Position numbers and translations under genes: made by a program
Part shown: positions 7,131 to 16,309 of the stretch, in pieces
Numbering within the stretch: the first letter of the stretch is position 1
Layout of the letters: each line of letters starts with the position of its first letter
Notes under the pieces: model-generated
Seen by the model: the letters and a program-made list of their open reading frames with translations, nothing else
Database searches by the model: none
What the model was told of the DNA's origin: nothing
IMG/VR virus record: IMGVR_UViG_3300047494_000030
Coordinates: 1-39,201 of that record
Source: a virus
Reading direction: 5' to 3' (one strand)
DNA length: 39,201 bases

Positions 7131-9166
7131 TGCCCTGCTCCTAGAGAAATTGCGAGTCCTGCTTCGGCGTCCTGAATCTCAGGATCGTTTGAATGCTTGG
7201 CGATTTCATACAACCGCGCCGCGTACTTGGCCTGATCGGCGACCGGGGCCTTGGTGCCGTCCGCCAGCCACTTCAAAAACGCCGGATCGTGCATCGCTTT
7301 GGCGAAATAATTGTTCGCTGCAGCATGAACACCAGCACCAAGCGCCAGCGCGGCGCCAGCGCCCGGGTGGCCGGTCATGGCTGCCGTCAGCGCTCCTGTC
7401 ACGGTACTGACAACCTCGGTGGCTGGCAAGCCTAATTTTGCGGTACCAGACGGATTGGCATAGAGATTGCCGGCCGCCTTGACGTCCCGAGCCGCTTTGA
7501 CGATGGTTTCCATGTCGCTGGCGGCGCTACCCTTCAGAATCGCCTTTTTCGTGTCGCTGTGCAGGTTATCCCAATCAGTGACGAATCGATCGAGCGAGAA
7601 GGGTGACTCCGCGTTGACGCGGCCCAAGCGGTCTACAAAGGCCGCTGAGACCGTGCCGCGATCTTTGACTGGCAAACTGTTCAGCAAGCGCGTGAGGCGC
7701 GTAGCGCCCTCTTTCGAGCCTTGGCGCGCCGCCGCGAAGATTTCCTCGGGAGAACCTTTGTCCGAGATCCGCTCAAGAACGTCACGCTGGCGATCGCTGC
7801 CGACGCGGTAGTGTGTCTGTGCCTGATCCCATGCCTTCTTGGCCGCGCCGCCCTTGGCACTGAAACCCTCTTCAAGATCGCGCGTCAGAGCGCCGTACAG
7901 GCCCTTCAGATCAGCTTTGGAGACATCCGGAAACAGGCTCGGATTGCCGATCGCGGCACCCACTTGAGTGCGCACCTTGCGCAGAGTCCCATAGGTGATG
8001 GTGTCCTTGGCGAGCGCCGCGCCGCCCTTTGAATTCGGAATTGTGTGCGACAGATCCTGGTCAAGCATCGACTTCCATTCGCGCAGACGCGCGCTACCCG
8101 TCGCGGTAGTGAGCGCCTCCTCACCCGGCTTGGTCTTGGTGGCTTCGTCGAGCATCTTGCGGGTGTTCGTGACCTTGAACGGATCATCCGGCTTCACGAA
8201 CGAATCGGCGCGCGCCTCGAGCTTCTCCTGCTTGTTGCCAAAACGCTCTTTGAATTTTTCGAGGCCGCGAGTCACGGCATTGCCAGCGCCGGTTGGCGAC
8301 GTACCGCCAGGTGACATTTTCTCGACCACGTCACCGACCTTGCCTTGAATGCCCTGCGTGCGCTTGGCGGCCGCCTCTTCAAAGGTGTTCTTCCCGCCGA
8401 GCGTCGCTGCGCTGATGCCCTCAGCACCCTGTAGCGTCCTGTTTCCCGTTACAAGACCAGCAGTCGGATTCTCCACGCCGCCCGCCGCGAGTTCCTTGGT
8501 GCGAGCTGGTATGTCAGTGTCACCGACAACGGCTTTGCGCGCCGCGTCGACGCCAGCGTGAACACCTGCGTGGGCCACACCTGGCAGCATGCCGGCGAGA
8601 ATTTGACCCTCGGTACCAGCACCAGCTTCTTTGGCACCTTGCGCTGTCGCACCGCTCGCTGTCGCACCGGCAATGTCACCAACCAGGGCACGCGCAGAGG
8701 TGGCTGGCTTGCCAAATAATGCGGAAGGTGATGCGCGCAGCGCCGCGGCCGTGATCCTCCCCGCGGGAGTGGTCGCCTCAACCGAACCGTTGACCATGCC
8801 GAGCTTGCGCATGATGTTTTCGTTCGATTCCGCAGTCCCGAGATATTGGGATCGATCAGAGGGTTCAAGAGCCATCGGGGCTGATTTGCCAGTCAATGCC
8901 TGGTAACCAGTACCAATTGCTGCCTTGCCAAGATCCCACACGTTGAGCACGGCGTCGACCGGCATACCCGCAAGATCAGCGACGCCTAGATTGAAGTTGC
9001 CAAAGCCAAAGCCCGCAGCCTTGCTAAGCGCAGACGGACCCTCGGATTTGGCGGGCGCATCGGGTGTTGCTGCTACAGGCGCCGCCATATCGCCAAAGTC
9101 GTATTTCTTAGCTGCTGGCGGAGCAGCGACCGGCGTGGCGAGCTCTCCGAAGTCGTAGCCAGCCAT
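7127..9166 (-). CDS. Large internal virion / ejection-type protein (T7 gp16 position)
   Basis: 679 aa, Ala/Gly-rich. It is the third of three consecutive large genes between the nozzle-like gene and the fibre genes. The call rests on synteny only; no lysozyme motif was seen. Confidence 0.45.
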   Translation of the reverse strand: MAGYDFGELATPVAAPPAAKKYDFGDMAAPVAATPDAPAKSEGPSALSKAAGFGFGNFNLGVADLAGMPVDAVLNVWDLGKAAIGTGYQALTGKSAPMALEPSDRSQYLGTAESNENIMRKLGMVNGSVEATTPAGRITAAALRASPSALFGKPATSARALVGDIAGATASGATAQGAKEAGAGTEGQILAGMLPGVAHAGVHAGVDAARKAVVGDTDIPARTKELAAGGVENPTAGLVTGNRTLQGAEGISAATLGGKNTFEEAAAKRTQGIQGKVGDVVEKMSPGGTSPTGAGNAVTRGLEKFKERFGNKQEKLEARADSFVKPDDPFKVTNTRKMLDEATKTKPGEEALTTATGSARLREWKSMLDQDLSHTIPNSKGGAALAKDTITYGTLRKVRTQVGAAIGNPSLFPDVSKADLKGLYGALTRDLEEGFSAKGGAAKKAWDQAQTHYRVGSDRQRDVLERISDKGSPEEIFAAARQGSKEGATRLTRLLNSLPVKDRGTVSAAFVDRLGRVNAESPFSLDRFVTDWDNLHSDTKKAILKGSAASDMETIVKAARDVKAAGNLYANPSGTAKLGLPATEVVSTVTGALTAAMTGHPGAGAALALGAGVHAAANNYFAKAMHDPAFLKWLADGTKAPVADQAKYAARLYEIAKHSNDPEIQDAEAGLAISLGAGQ

Positions 9167-10653
9167 CAGTTCACCACATGCGCGTTGCCATCTGGATCAT
9201 AGAAGATGTCACCCTTCTTGAGCTTGCCAGCGTCCATCTGTTGCTTGAGCTCGGTCTTGTTGCTGACTGTGATCTTGCCGCCGCGACCGGAAATCTTGTT
9301 CGACTCTTCCTTGACGATATTGTCGAGCACGCCTTTATTCTGCTGCGTGATTTCGCGCATCAAAGCGTAGTTTTCCTTGATCTGCTTGTAACTCATATTG
9401 CGGTTGAGCAAGGCCTCGCCAACCTGGCGCGCACCCTCGTGCATCTGAGCATTAGATCCCGGCATCGTCATCGCTTCGATGAACTGAGTCGCGGTCTCGC
9501 GCATGACGACATCGAGCTTTCCGACAGCAGGGTCTTGAAGTTGATCCTTCAAATCCTGAACAGACGTGTTCATGAACTTGGTGCCGAGCTTGGCCGTGCC
9601 CTCTTGCGCAACACGGTCCAAGATTGGACCCATCGCTTGAATCGAGTCGCCAAGACGGGCAACAGCAACAGCGCGCTGCTCACCTTGCGCCAGAGCCTTG
9701 GTCTCGCCTGCAGTCTCAGCTTGTTTGGCAACGATATCGGCACCGCTTTTACCGAGCGCCTTACCCTGCTCAAGAATCGCTGCATCGACCTTCATCCTGC
9801 CAGCCTTGTCATAGGCGCTAATGCCCTTGTACGGGTCTTTGCTACCCGCCCATGCCTGCTCTGCACGAAAGGCGGCATCGTCATCAGTGACATCGGTTTC
9901 TTTGGCTGAAGCGCGTGCGTCCTGCCGTGCATCAATCGTCACATGCAGATTCTCGGCGGCAGCATCGGCCTTGTGCAGCGCACTGCGATGCGCGTTGAGC
10001 TGCTCCCACATTTTGTCGATCGACTTTTCTTTGGCGGCAAAGCGCATGTCCTGGCGGTCATACTGAGCGCCGAGCACACTGATGCGCTGAATCTTCTCGT
10101 TGATGGTCAGCTTGCGATCTTCAAGCACGTCCTGAAACGCCTTGTTGGCCTGCTCTTCCTGCTCTTTGGCGGCCTCGAATTTGGTCTTGTAGTCCTTGTA
10201 CGCCTTTGCAGCCTCTTCCTCTTTGCCGTCAATGAAGCCCTGCATGGTGCCGTTCAGTGCGGATGACACGCCGAGCCAGTTACCATGCGACTTGGCACCG
10301 CCGATCATCGCCATCGCAAGCAGGCCCATGCCAAGACCTTCGAACTCCTGACCGCTGACGATCGGCTTTTTGTCGTCATAAACCGGCATGGTGACATGCT
10401 CTGGCCGCGTCGGCATCGGCTGGTCGAGCGACTTGGACAGGTCCGCCTCAAGCGGCTTCATGGCCTTGTCCTTGGTATCCAAGAACGCGGAATGCTCTTT
10501 GTCGAACTCGGCCTGCTTGGCTTGGACCGTGGCTTCTTCAGACGACAGATCCTGATTCCAATTGGCGAGTGCGGAAGAGCCGCTCGCAGGCCCAGCGCTC
10601 GCCGGTAGCGGGGGCGGTTGAACCACTTGGCCAGTGATGTCGGTATCAGCCAT
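9166..10653 (-). CDS. Internal virion / ejection-type protein, coiled-coil rich (T7 gp15 position)
   Basis: 495 aa, highly charged Lys/Glu/Ala/Gln helical composition with one hydrophobic patch (LGMGLLAMAMIGGA). Start and stop codons overlap the neighbouring genes. Confidence 0.45.
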   Translation of the reverse strand: MADTDITGQVVQPPPLPASAGPASGSSALANWNQDLSSEEATVQAKQAEFDKEHSAFLDTKDKAMKPLEADLSKSLDQPMPTRPEHVTMPVYDDKKPIVSGQEFEGLGMGLLAMAMIGGAKSHGNWLGVSSALNGTMQGFIDGKEEEAAKAYKDYKTKFEAAKEQEEQANKAFQDVLEDRKLTINEKIQRISVLGAQYDRQDMRFAAKEKSIDKMWEQLNAHRSALHKADAAAENLHVTIDARQDARASAKETDVTDDDAAFRAEQAWAGSKDPYKGISAYDKAGRMKVDAAILEQGKALGKSGADIVAKQAETAGETKALAQGEQRAVAVARLGDSIQAMGPILDRVAQEGTAKLGTKFMNTSVQDLKDQLQDPAVGKLDVVMRETATQFIEAMTMPGSNAQMHEGARQVGEALLNRNMSYKQIKENYALMREITQQNKGVLDNIVKEESNKISGRGGKITVSNKTELKQQMDAGKLKKGDIFYDPDGNAHVVN

Positions 10654-12191
10654 TATTGTTGCGTCGCAGTGGTGGGCGAGCTCGAGCTGCCCGTCAGTCC
10701 GTAGAGCTTGGCCGCGAGCGCCGCCATCTGCGCAGCCGCCTGTTTGGCCTCAGCAGACTGCTGGTATTGGAGCTGCGAGACACCGAGCAAGGTGCTGTTA
10801 GAACCGGTGTACTCCGCGATAGCGTCCTGGACGTTTTGCTGCAGCGCGGCTGCATAGAGCTGCTGCCGCTGAGTCTCAAGATTTTGCTTCAGCGCATTGA
10901 TCTGCTGCGACTGCACCATACCGGTCTGGCCGCTATTGGCTGCGTTCTGCTCAAGCGCCTCAGTCTGCTGCTGAATCTGCTGATTGATCGAAGCGTCGAT
11001 TGAGGCCTTCTGAGTAGCCCATCCTGGCGCCGAATAGCCGCCGCTGTTGATTACCCCTAGCGCGGACGAATTGAGCGCTGTGGCGTTCGTAGAAGCCGTC
11101 TGCGCGCCCGCTGGCAGCTTAGGCGTCGACGTGCCTTCAAGCACCGACGCCAAGCCGAGGCCGAGTGACAGATCATTCTTCGGGTTGCTAAAGAAATCAC
11201 CAGCCTTGCTGCCAAGGGTATCCAGAAAGCTGGAATCGCCCGGGCTGGTCGCGAGTGCGCCTGCAGCATAATTATCGGCAGCGCCGTAAACACCCGGAAT
11301 TGATGCGCCCGACCCGCCTGTTGCCGGAGCGCTGACGCCAAGGCTGGTCGCCGTATCTCCACTAATAGGAGCTAGGTCTGCAGCGCCGGTCGCGGGTAAA
11401 TAGCTCGAGCCGGCGTCAATTCCAAGACTGCTTGCCACTGAGGGGTCGAGCGCCGCGGCACCATAGGTCGCATTGGCCCCGTACAGCCCTGGAATACCAC
11501 CGCCAGCACTCGCATCGACGCCGCCCGCCGCCCCGGCTGTAGCCCCGGCAACGCTAGGATCTGCCGCTAGAGCACTTTCAGCATAGATTGAGTCCGCGCC
11601 ATAAGCGCCAGGAATACCGCCTGCAGCGCCGGCGCCGGCACCCGCCACACCAGTGGCGTCGACGCCCAACCCGCCACCGACCAGACCTTCAGCACCAAAT
11701 TCGCCGGCCGCATTCAGACCACCCAAAACCGGCAGAGCGGCGATAGCCGCCACCGTATCAAACTTCTGCCAGCTGTCATCTGCCGGGTTCGCGATTGGCG
11801 AGCTGATTGTCGATGCGCCGGTGGCCGGGTTGATATTGATCACCTGGCTGTCGGTTCCGACGCCCCCGGCGTTACCAATTTCGACGTTGTAATTGCCGTC
11901 GGGACTGTTGCCAAGAATCGCGCCGTAAGGGTCTTGCGCGTTGCCGGTATTGACGAGTGCGCCCTGAATGTCGCCAGGCATCGGGCTATCGCCCCCGCCG
12001 CCGGTGCCATTACTGACGAGAAGGCCAGAATCAAGCCCTTGAATTTCACCCGTAATGCCCGTCGTGTTGAAACTGGCGGTATTGGTGAAGTCAGGATTGC
12101 TCTGGTCACCGGAATCCGGCGTGTACGAGATCGGCAATGGTGCCGCAGCTCCCGATCCGGTACTTGACCCCGCCTTGACGATTGAAACCAA
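10653..12191 (-). CDS. Gly/Ala/Ser-rich internal virion-type protein with triple IPG-x-YGA repeat and Gln-rich coiled-coil C-terminus (T7 gp14 position)
   Basis: 512 aa. Three copies of G-IPG-x-YGA-x3-Y-x3-AL-x2-(D)PS occur at about aa 191-318. The position call rests on synteny. Confidence 0.45.
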   Translation of the reverse strand: MVSIVKAGSSTGSGAAAPLPISYTPDSGDQSNPDFTNTASFNTTGITGEIQGLDSGLLVSNGTGGGGDSPMPGDIQGALVNTGNAQDPYGAILGNSPDGNYNVEIGNAGGVGTDSQVININPATGASTISSPIANPADDSWQKFDTVAAIAALPVLGGLNAAGEFGAEGLVGGGLGVDATGVAGAGAGAAGGIPGAYGADSIYAESALAADPSVAGATAGAAGGVDASAGGGIPGLYGANATYGAAALDPSVASSLGIDAGSSYLPATGAADLAPISGDTATSLGVSAPATGGSGASIPGVYGAADNYAAGALATSPGDSSFLDTLGSKAGDFFSNPKNDLSLGLGLASVLEGTSTPKLPAGAQTASTNATALNSSALGVINSGGYSAPGWATQKASIDASINQQIQQQTEALEQNAANSGQTGMVQSQQINALKQNLETQRQQLYAAALQQNVQDAIAEYTGSNSTLLGVSQLQYQQSAEAKQAAAQMAALAAKLYGLTGSSSSPTTATQQ

Positions 12192-12226
12192 GATGATCCC
12201 CTAAGTGCTTGACATTATCGTCGTTC

Positions 12227-12625
12227 TCACGACAGCACGCCATCCTCAATGTCATGGAGCAGAATGTGATTGGACATCCAGTCGTTAAACTGGCCTTCAT
12301 CGCCAAAATCGACCGTTATCAGGTCCACCGGGGCGGCTGCCTGCGTCACGGTCAGCTCGGCGGTATGCAAATCGGCGTGGGCCTGAAGCCAGGACTTGAG
12401 GCGCGGCGTCATCTGGCCGGTTTTTTTGGCCGCCATGATGATGGCCCAATCGCGGGCCGCCTGCGGGTCAGTTAGATCAAAAAGCGGCGAATCCGAGCCG
12501 TACTTGTCTCTCAGGTTGGCGGCATAAACCGTGTGCGACTGAGCATGCGCCAGGAAGAAATCGTTGAGCCCGAGACGATCCCCAAAAGACATCTGCGCCA
12601 TGATGTCGAGCGCGCTCATTTCCAA
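12227..12625 (-). CDS. Hypothetical virion-module protein, 132 aa (T7 gp13 position)
   Basis: ORF with a 10-nt overlap with the upstream gene. No domain recognised. Confidence 0.45.
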   Translation of the reverse strand: MEMSALDIMAQMSFGDRLGLNDFFLAHAQSHTVYAANLRDKYGSDSPLFDLTDPQAARDWAIIMAAKKTGQMTPRLKSWLQAHADLHTAELTVTQAAAPVDLITVDFGDEGQFNDWMSNHILLHDIEDGVLS

Positions 12626-14622
12626 GGCGTCCCGGCCTTGTATTGCAAGGCGACAAACGAATAATAAAAGTCGGTCTGCTGAGCGATGCAGGTCACGCCC
12701 ATGTACTTGCCGCCATTGGTCTGGTTGATGCCGGCGAGGAAGTTGAAGCCGAGCGCCGGGCCAGTGATATTGACCACCTGGTTAGACACGTATTCGTTGT
12801 CGACTGTAAAGGTCAGGGCTGTGTTGACGACTGCATTGACATTCATTTCAAGACCGGCGCGCACACCATCCTTTTGAAGCAACGAATCGCCGCCATCCCA
12901 CAGCTTCGTTTGGAACATCGATTTGATAGTGGTGCTGGACTGGCTGAAGAGCGTGTAGAGCTTGGCACCGGTACCGGAAGAGAATCCGTATAGCGTCGCC
13001 AATCCATTTGTCGGAATCGACGTGAACGCCACAAAATCAAAGCCAGGGTAATAGAAAAACCACTTGCCATCGAGACGTGCCACTAGCAGGGTGCGCGTGA
13101 CGTTCGTGCCATAGAGCGTGGTGTAGACATCGATGATGCGTAGCAGCCAGCACGCCGCGAGCTTGCCATTGATGATCACCGTACCGCCTTGGCCGACGCT
13201 CACGAAGACATTGCTGGTGAACAGGCCATCAATCTTCTGGCTGATCTTGTCCGGGCTCGCCCCTGACAGCGCATAGAATCCGTAGCTGTTGCCAAACATC
13301 AACTGGCGGTAGTAGGTAAAGATCGACTTCGGCCATGTCGTGCCAATGGAGGTCGTGATGTTGGTGCGCGAGAAACTAGTCACGCCAGAGTTGATCTGCA
13401 CGTTTGAGAGTGCATCAATCGACGTGTCGCCGAAGATGTACAGGAACTGAAAGGCGCTATAGAGCGCCGTGATGTTATTGTGCAGATACGAGTCCGTGAT
13501 CGTCAGCTGCCCGCCAGCGCCGCCGAACGAGTTATAGCTGTTGATGTCGGTGTAACTTATCGATCTACCTGTCGCAATCCATACCCGGCCTGCATACGTC
13601 GCAATTGCGGTACCGACCAGAGCGCCACTGACTGTGGTGGTGCCAGTGATGTTTGTAGTCACATAACCTGCGCCCGCGTTTTGCTCAACCAGCAGCGTTG
13701 GCGCCGTGGTGTAACCACTGCCTGGCGAGAGAATGGTAAAGCCTGTAGGGATCAGTTGTGACGTTACCGTGGCCCCACTCCCGGACCCCCCTGCTAGCGG
13801 TGCATTCGCGGACGGCCCCGTAATAATGGGGGCGCCTTGTGTGCCGCCAGGATAATTGCCCGCGTTGGTAAACTGCAGCCCCGTGATCGCGCCACCCGCG
13901 CCGATGGTGGTGACAGTGAGCGACGCTGCGGTGGTGAACGTACCGGTGGTGATGGTGACTGAATCGCCGACCACATAATTGGTACCGCCTGCCGTCACGA
14001 CGATGTTATTGATCTGGAAGTTCGCGCGAACTTGCAAACCCGTGCCGCCACCGCCGCCCGTCGCTTGTACAGTGGTCAAGTGCCCTGACGAAATGGTGGG
14101 ATTGGCGGTCATGGTCGCTGTCGATACCGAATTACTTAACCCGGTCAGCGTGTTCGGAGCGGTCAAGCCATAGTCAAAATAGCCGTTCGTCGTGTCAATG
14201 ATCAGCAGTCCCGCCACGTCAGCCGGCGTGGTGTAGGGAATTGCCATCGTGGTCGTGAACTTGCCGGCAGCAGCGACCGAAACAGGCGACGTGAGCGCGC
14301 CGACAGCCACCTTGCTGGCAGAGCCGTCACTCAGGAAGGTGAAAATGTAGTCAGTGCCCCCGATATTGGCCGATACCTCGTTGAGTACCGAGAGGCTTGC
14401 ATAGGTCAGACCGCTATTAAGGGCCTGTTTCAGAGCCCTCAATTTGCCGGGCGACGAAGGGTCAAGATTTTCGAGCCAATAAAAGTCGCCATCGCCTATG
14501 GCTTGGCGCGGACTCGCATTGGACACCCCCCCCCATTTCTTGAAGACCAGGTCCGTCGCCTGAATTGGACCCTTGTGAGTCGGGTCTGGACGGACTTCGA
14601 GAGCGCCTTCCTCTTCAGCCAT
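12616..14622 (-). CDS. Tail tubular B / nozzle-like protein
   Basis: 668 aa, beta-rich. It lies directly after the 285-aa adaptor-like gene in a T7-like order and carries GxGY-type modules (AGGTNYVVGDSVTI, SPGSGYTTAPTLLV). Confidence 0.45.
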   Translation of the reverse strand: MAEEEGALEVRPDPTHKGPIQATDLVFKKWGGVSNASPRQAIGDGDFYWLENLDPSSPGKLRALKQALNSGLTYASLSVLNEVSANIGGTDYIFTFLSDGSASKVAVGALTSPVSVAAAGKFTTTMAIPYTTPADVAGLLIIDTTNGYFDYGLTAPNTLTGLSNSVSTATMTANPTISSGHLTTVQATGGGGGTGLQVRANFQINNIVVTAGGTNYVVGDSVTITTGTFTTAASLTVTTIGAGGAITGLQFTNAGNYPGGTQGAPIITGPSANAPLAGGSGSGATVTSQLIPTGFTILSPGSGYTTAPTLLVEQNAGAGYVTTNITGTTTVSGALVGTAIATYAGRVWIATGRSISYTDINSYNSFGGAGGQLTITDSYLHNNITALYSAFQFLYIFGDTSIDALSNVQINSGVTSFSRTNITTSIGTTWPKSIFTYYRQLMFGNSYGFYALSGASPDKISQKIDGLFTSNVFVSVGQGGTVIINGKLAACWLLRIIDVYTTLYGTNVTRTLLVARLDGKWFFYYPGFDFVAFTSIPTNGLATLYGFSSGTGAKLYTLFSQSSTTIKSMFQTKLWDGGDSLLQKDGVRAGLEMNVNAVVNTALTFTVDNEYVSNQVVNITGPALGFNFLAGINQTNGGKYMGVTCIAQQTDFYYSFVALQYKAGTPWK

Positions 14623-14628
14623 GACAAT

Positions 14629-15486
14629 TTACCCCGCTGAGAAGGCGTTCGGCAGCCGGCGCGTGTACGCGGCACTGACCTCGAGCATTTTCATGCGATA
14701 GAAGTTAAAGAACGTCTCAGCCTCGCCAAAATTCTGGTTGTTCTGTTTGGCAAGACCAGCTGCATAGAACTTGATCGGGTCTTGAGCCACCAGGGGAATG
14801 GCGTCGACCGTCACGTAGTCGCCGACGGCGTAGTTGTTCGGCAACACAACGGTATCGAACTCGACAGGGTAGGTCTGGTCTGGTGGTGGGCCGATGAACA
14901 CCGAGGTATGGCCGTAGCACGACCATGCGACAGGCTGGCGCTGGTACGTGGCAGCGGTCCACTGACGAAGCAGCGCCGAGAGGCGACTGAATGGCATCCA
15001 CTGCGCCTGGTAGCGCTGTGAGCCCCACTGCACGCTCACGCCAAGCACGTCAAAGGTGTTGTAGCTGATAACACCCAGCGAAATAGCGGCGCCGGTCCCT
15101 GTGGCATCGACGATGTTAGCAGTAGGGGCACTGGTGTAGCCGCTTCCAAAGCTCGTAAAAGTGATGGTGTTGACCGCACCGCCGCTTACTCCCAATGTGG
15201 CGGCTACGCCACTACCCCCACCACCTGTGAAGGTGACCGTCGGCGAGTTGCTGTAATTCGCGCCGGCGGCCGTGATGATCCCGCCCCCGACTTGCCCGAA
15301 GGTGTATTGCTCGATCGCCTGAGTGATGTAAGCCGGCTGCAAAGCGCGCAGGCAGCCCGTATCCATGACGAGCTTCCTGCGCGCCTCGTTGATGTAGCCA
15401 TCAAGCTGAGTCAGCGTCCAATTGGAGTGCGAAAGGTCGTGAAGCTGATCGGCTACCTGCGTTTCGTAGTCGGAAAGTAGCGTCAC
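14629..15486 (-). CDS. Tail tubular A / adaptor-like protein
   Basis: 285 aa in the T7 gp11 position. It contains two modules: AGANYSNSPTVTFTGGGGSGVAATL and FGSGYTSAPTANIVDATGTGAAISL. Confidence 0.4.
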   Translation of the reverse strand: MTLLSDYETQVADQLHDLSHSNWTLTQLDGYINEARRKLVMDTGCLRALQPAYITQAIEQYTFGQVGGGIITAAGANYSNSPTVTFTGGGGSGVAATLGVSGGAVNTITFTSFGSGYTSAPTANIVDATGTGAAISLGVISYNTFDVLGVSVQWGSQRYQAQWMPFSRLSALLRQWTAATYQRQPVAWSCYGHTSVFIGPPPDQTYPVEFDTVVLPNNYAVGDYVTVDAIPLVAQDPIKFYAAGLAKQNNQNFGEAETFFNFYRMKMLEVSAAYTRRLPNAFSAG

Positions 15487-15495
15487 TGGTCACGA

Positions 15496-15819
15496 TCAAG
15501 CAGCCGCAGGCTCTTTGCCGTTCGCATCAACCTGCTCTTCGACCATGACGGCGCGAGAGAAGACGAATTTGCTGAGGCGCTTGGCACCGTCCGGGTTGTC
15601 AACGAAGCCGCGCTGGCCATCGAACTTCATGGCCCAACCGAGGCGTACCAAAGTCTCGGTTTTGTCCTTCAGGTTGAAACCGAGCATATGCGTTGCTGCA
15701 TCGATCGGCACCGGAACCTTCTCGTTGACAGGAAAGCTGAATTCTTCGCCATCGAACATATCCGAGTGAAACTGTCCGGACTTGTTCGTGACAAAGATGA
15801 CATCGCTAGAACGTGGCAT
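15496..15819 (-). CDS. Hypothetical head/neck-module protein, 107 aa
   Basis: ORF in the late operon between the capsid-associated genes and the adaptor-like gene. Confidence 0.45.
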   Translation of the reverse strand: MPRSSDVIFVTNKSGQFHSDMFDGEEFSFPVNEKVPVPIDAATHMLGFNLKDKTETLVRLGWAMKFDGQRGFVDNPDGAKRLSKFVFSRAVMVEEQVDANGKEPAAA

Positions 15820-15844
15820 AGGTCAAATCTGCCTTTCTGAAAAG

Positions 15845-16300
15845 TTAGTCTTGCGGGAGATGCGTTTCGTCGACCGTTTCGCCTGGCTCTGGCACTGATC
15901 CGACAGGTGCTACAGACGGGATCGGCTCGCCTGCATTGGTGTCTGCGGCGACTTTGTCGGTAGCGGTCGTGTCGGTGTTTTTGGCGGCCTCGACGACTTC
16001 CTTTTTGGCAGGCCAGATAGCGGCCTTGAGCTCGGCCCACTTTTCGGTCGAGTAGGCAACGAGAGTGGATTCATCTTTGTGGATGTCCCGGCCAAGGTTG
16101 AGAAAAATCTCGTCGAGATGCGCGATGATGCCTGCCGTCGAGGAGCCCGCGACCGGTAGAGTCTTGGCCTCCTCGGTTGCGGACTTAATCTCGGCAGCAT
16201 CCCCGGCAGCGAACTGCACATGCGTGGCATCGCCAACAACCTTTTGTTGAGCGGTGCGGCCAAAGGCCTTTTCGAGAGCAGTGATCAGACGGATGGTCAT
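15845..16300 (-). CDS. Hypothetical acidic protein, 151 aa
   Basis: ORF in the late operon. No domain recognised. Confidence 0.45.
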   Translation of the reverse strand: MTIRLITALEKAFGRTAQQKVVGDATHVQFAAGDAAEIKSATEEAKTLPVAGSSTAGIIAHLDEIFLNLGRDIHKDESTLVAYSTEKWAELKAAIWPAKKEVVEAAKNTDTTATDKVAADTNAGEPIPSVAPVGSVPEPGETVDETHLPQD

Positions 16301-16309
16301 GTCGATTCC

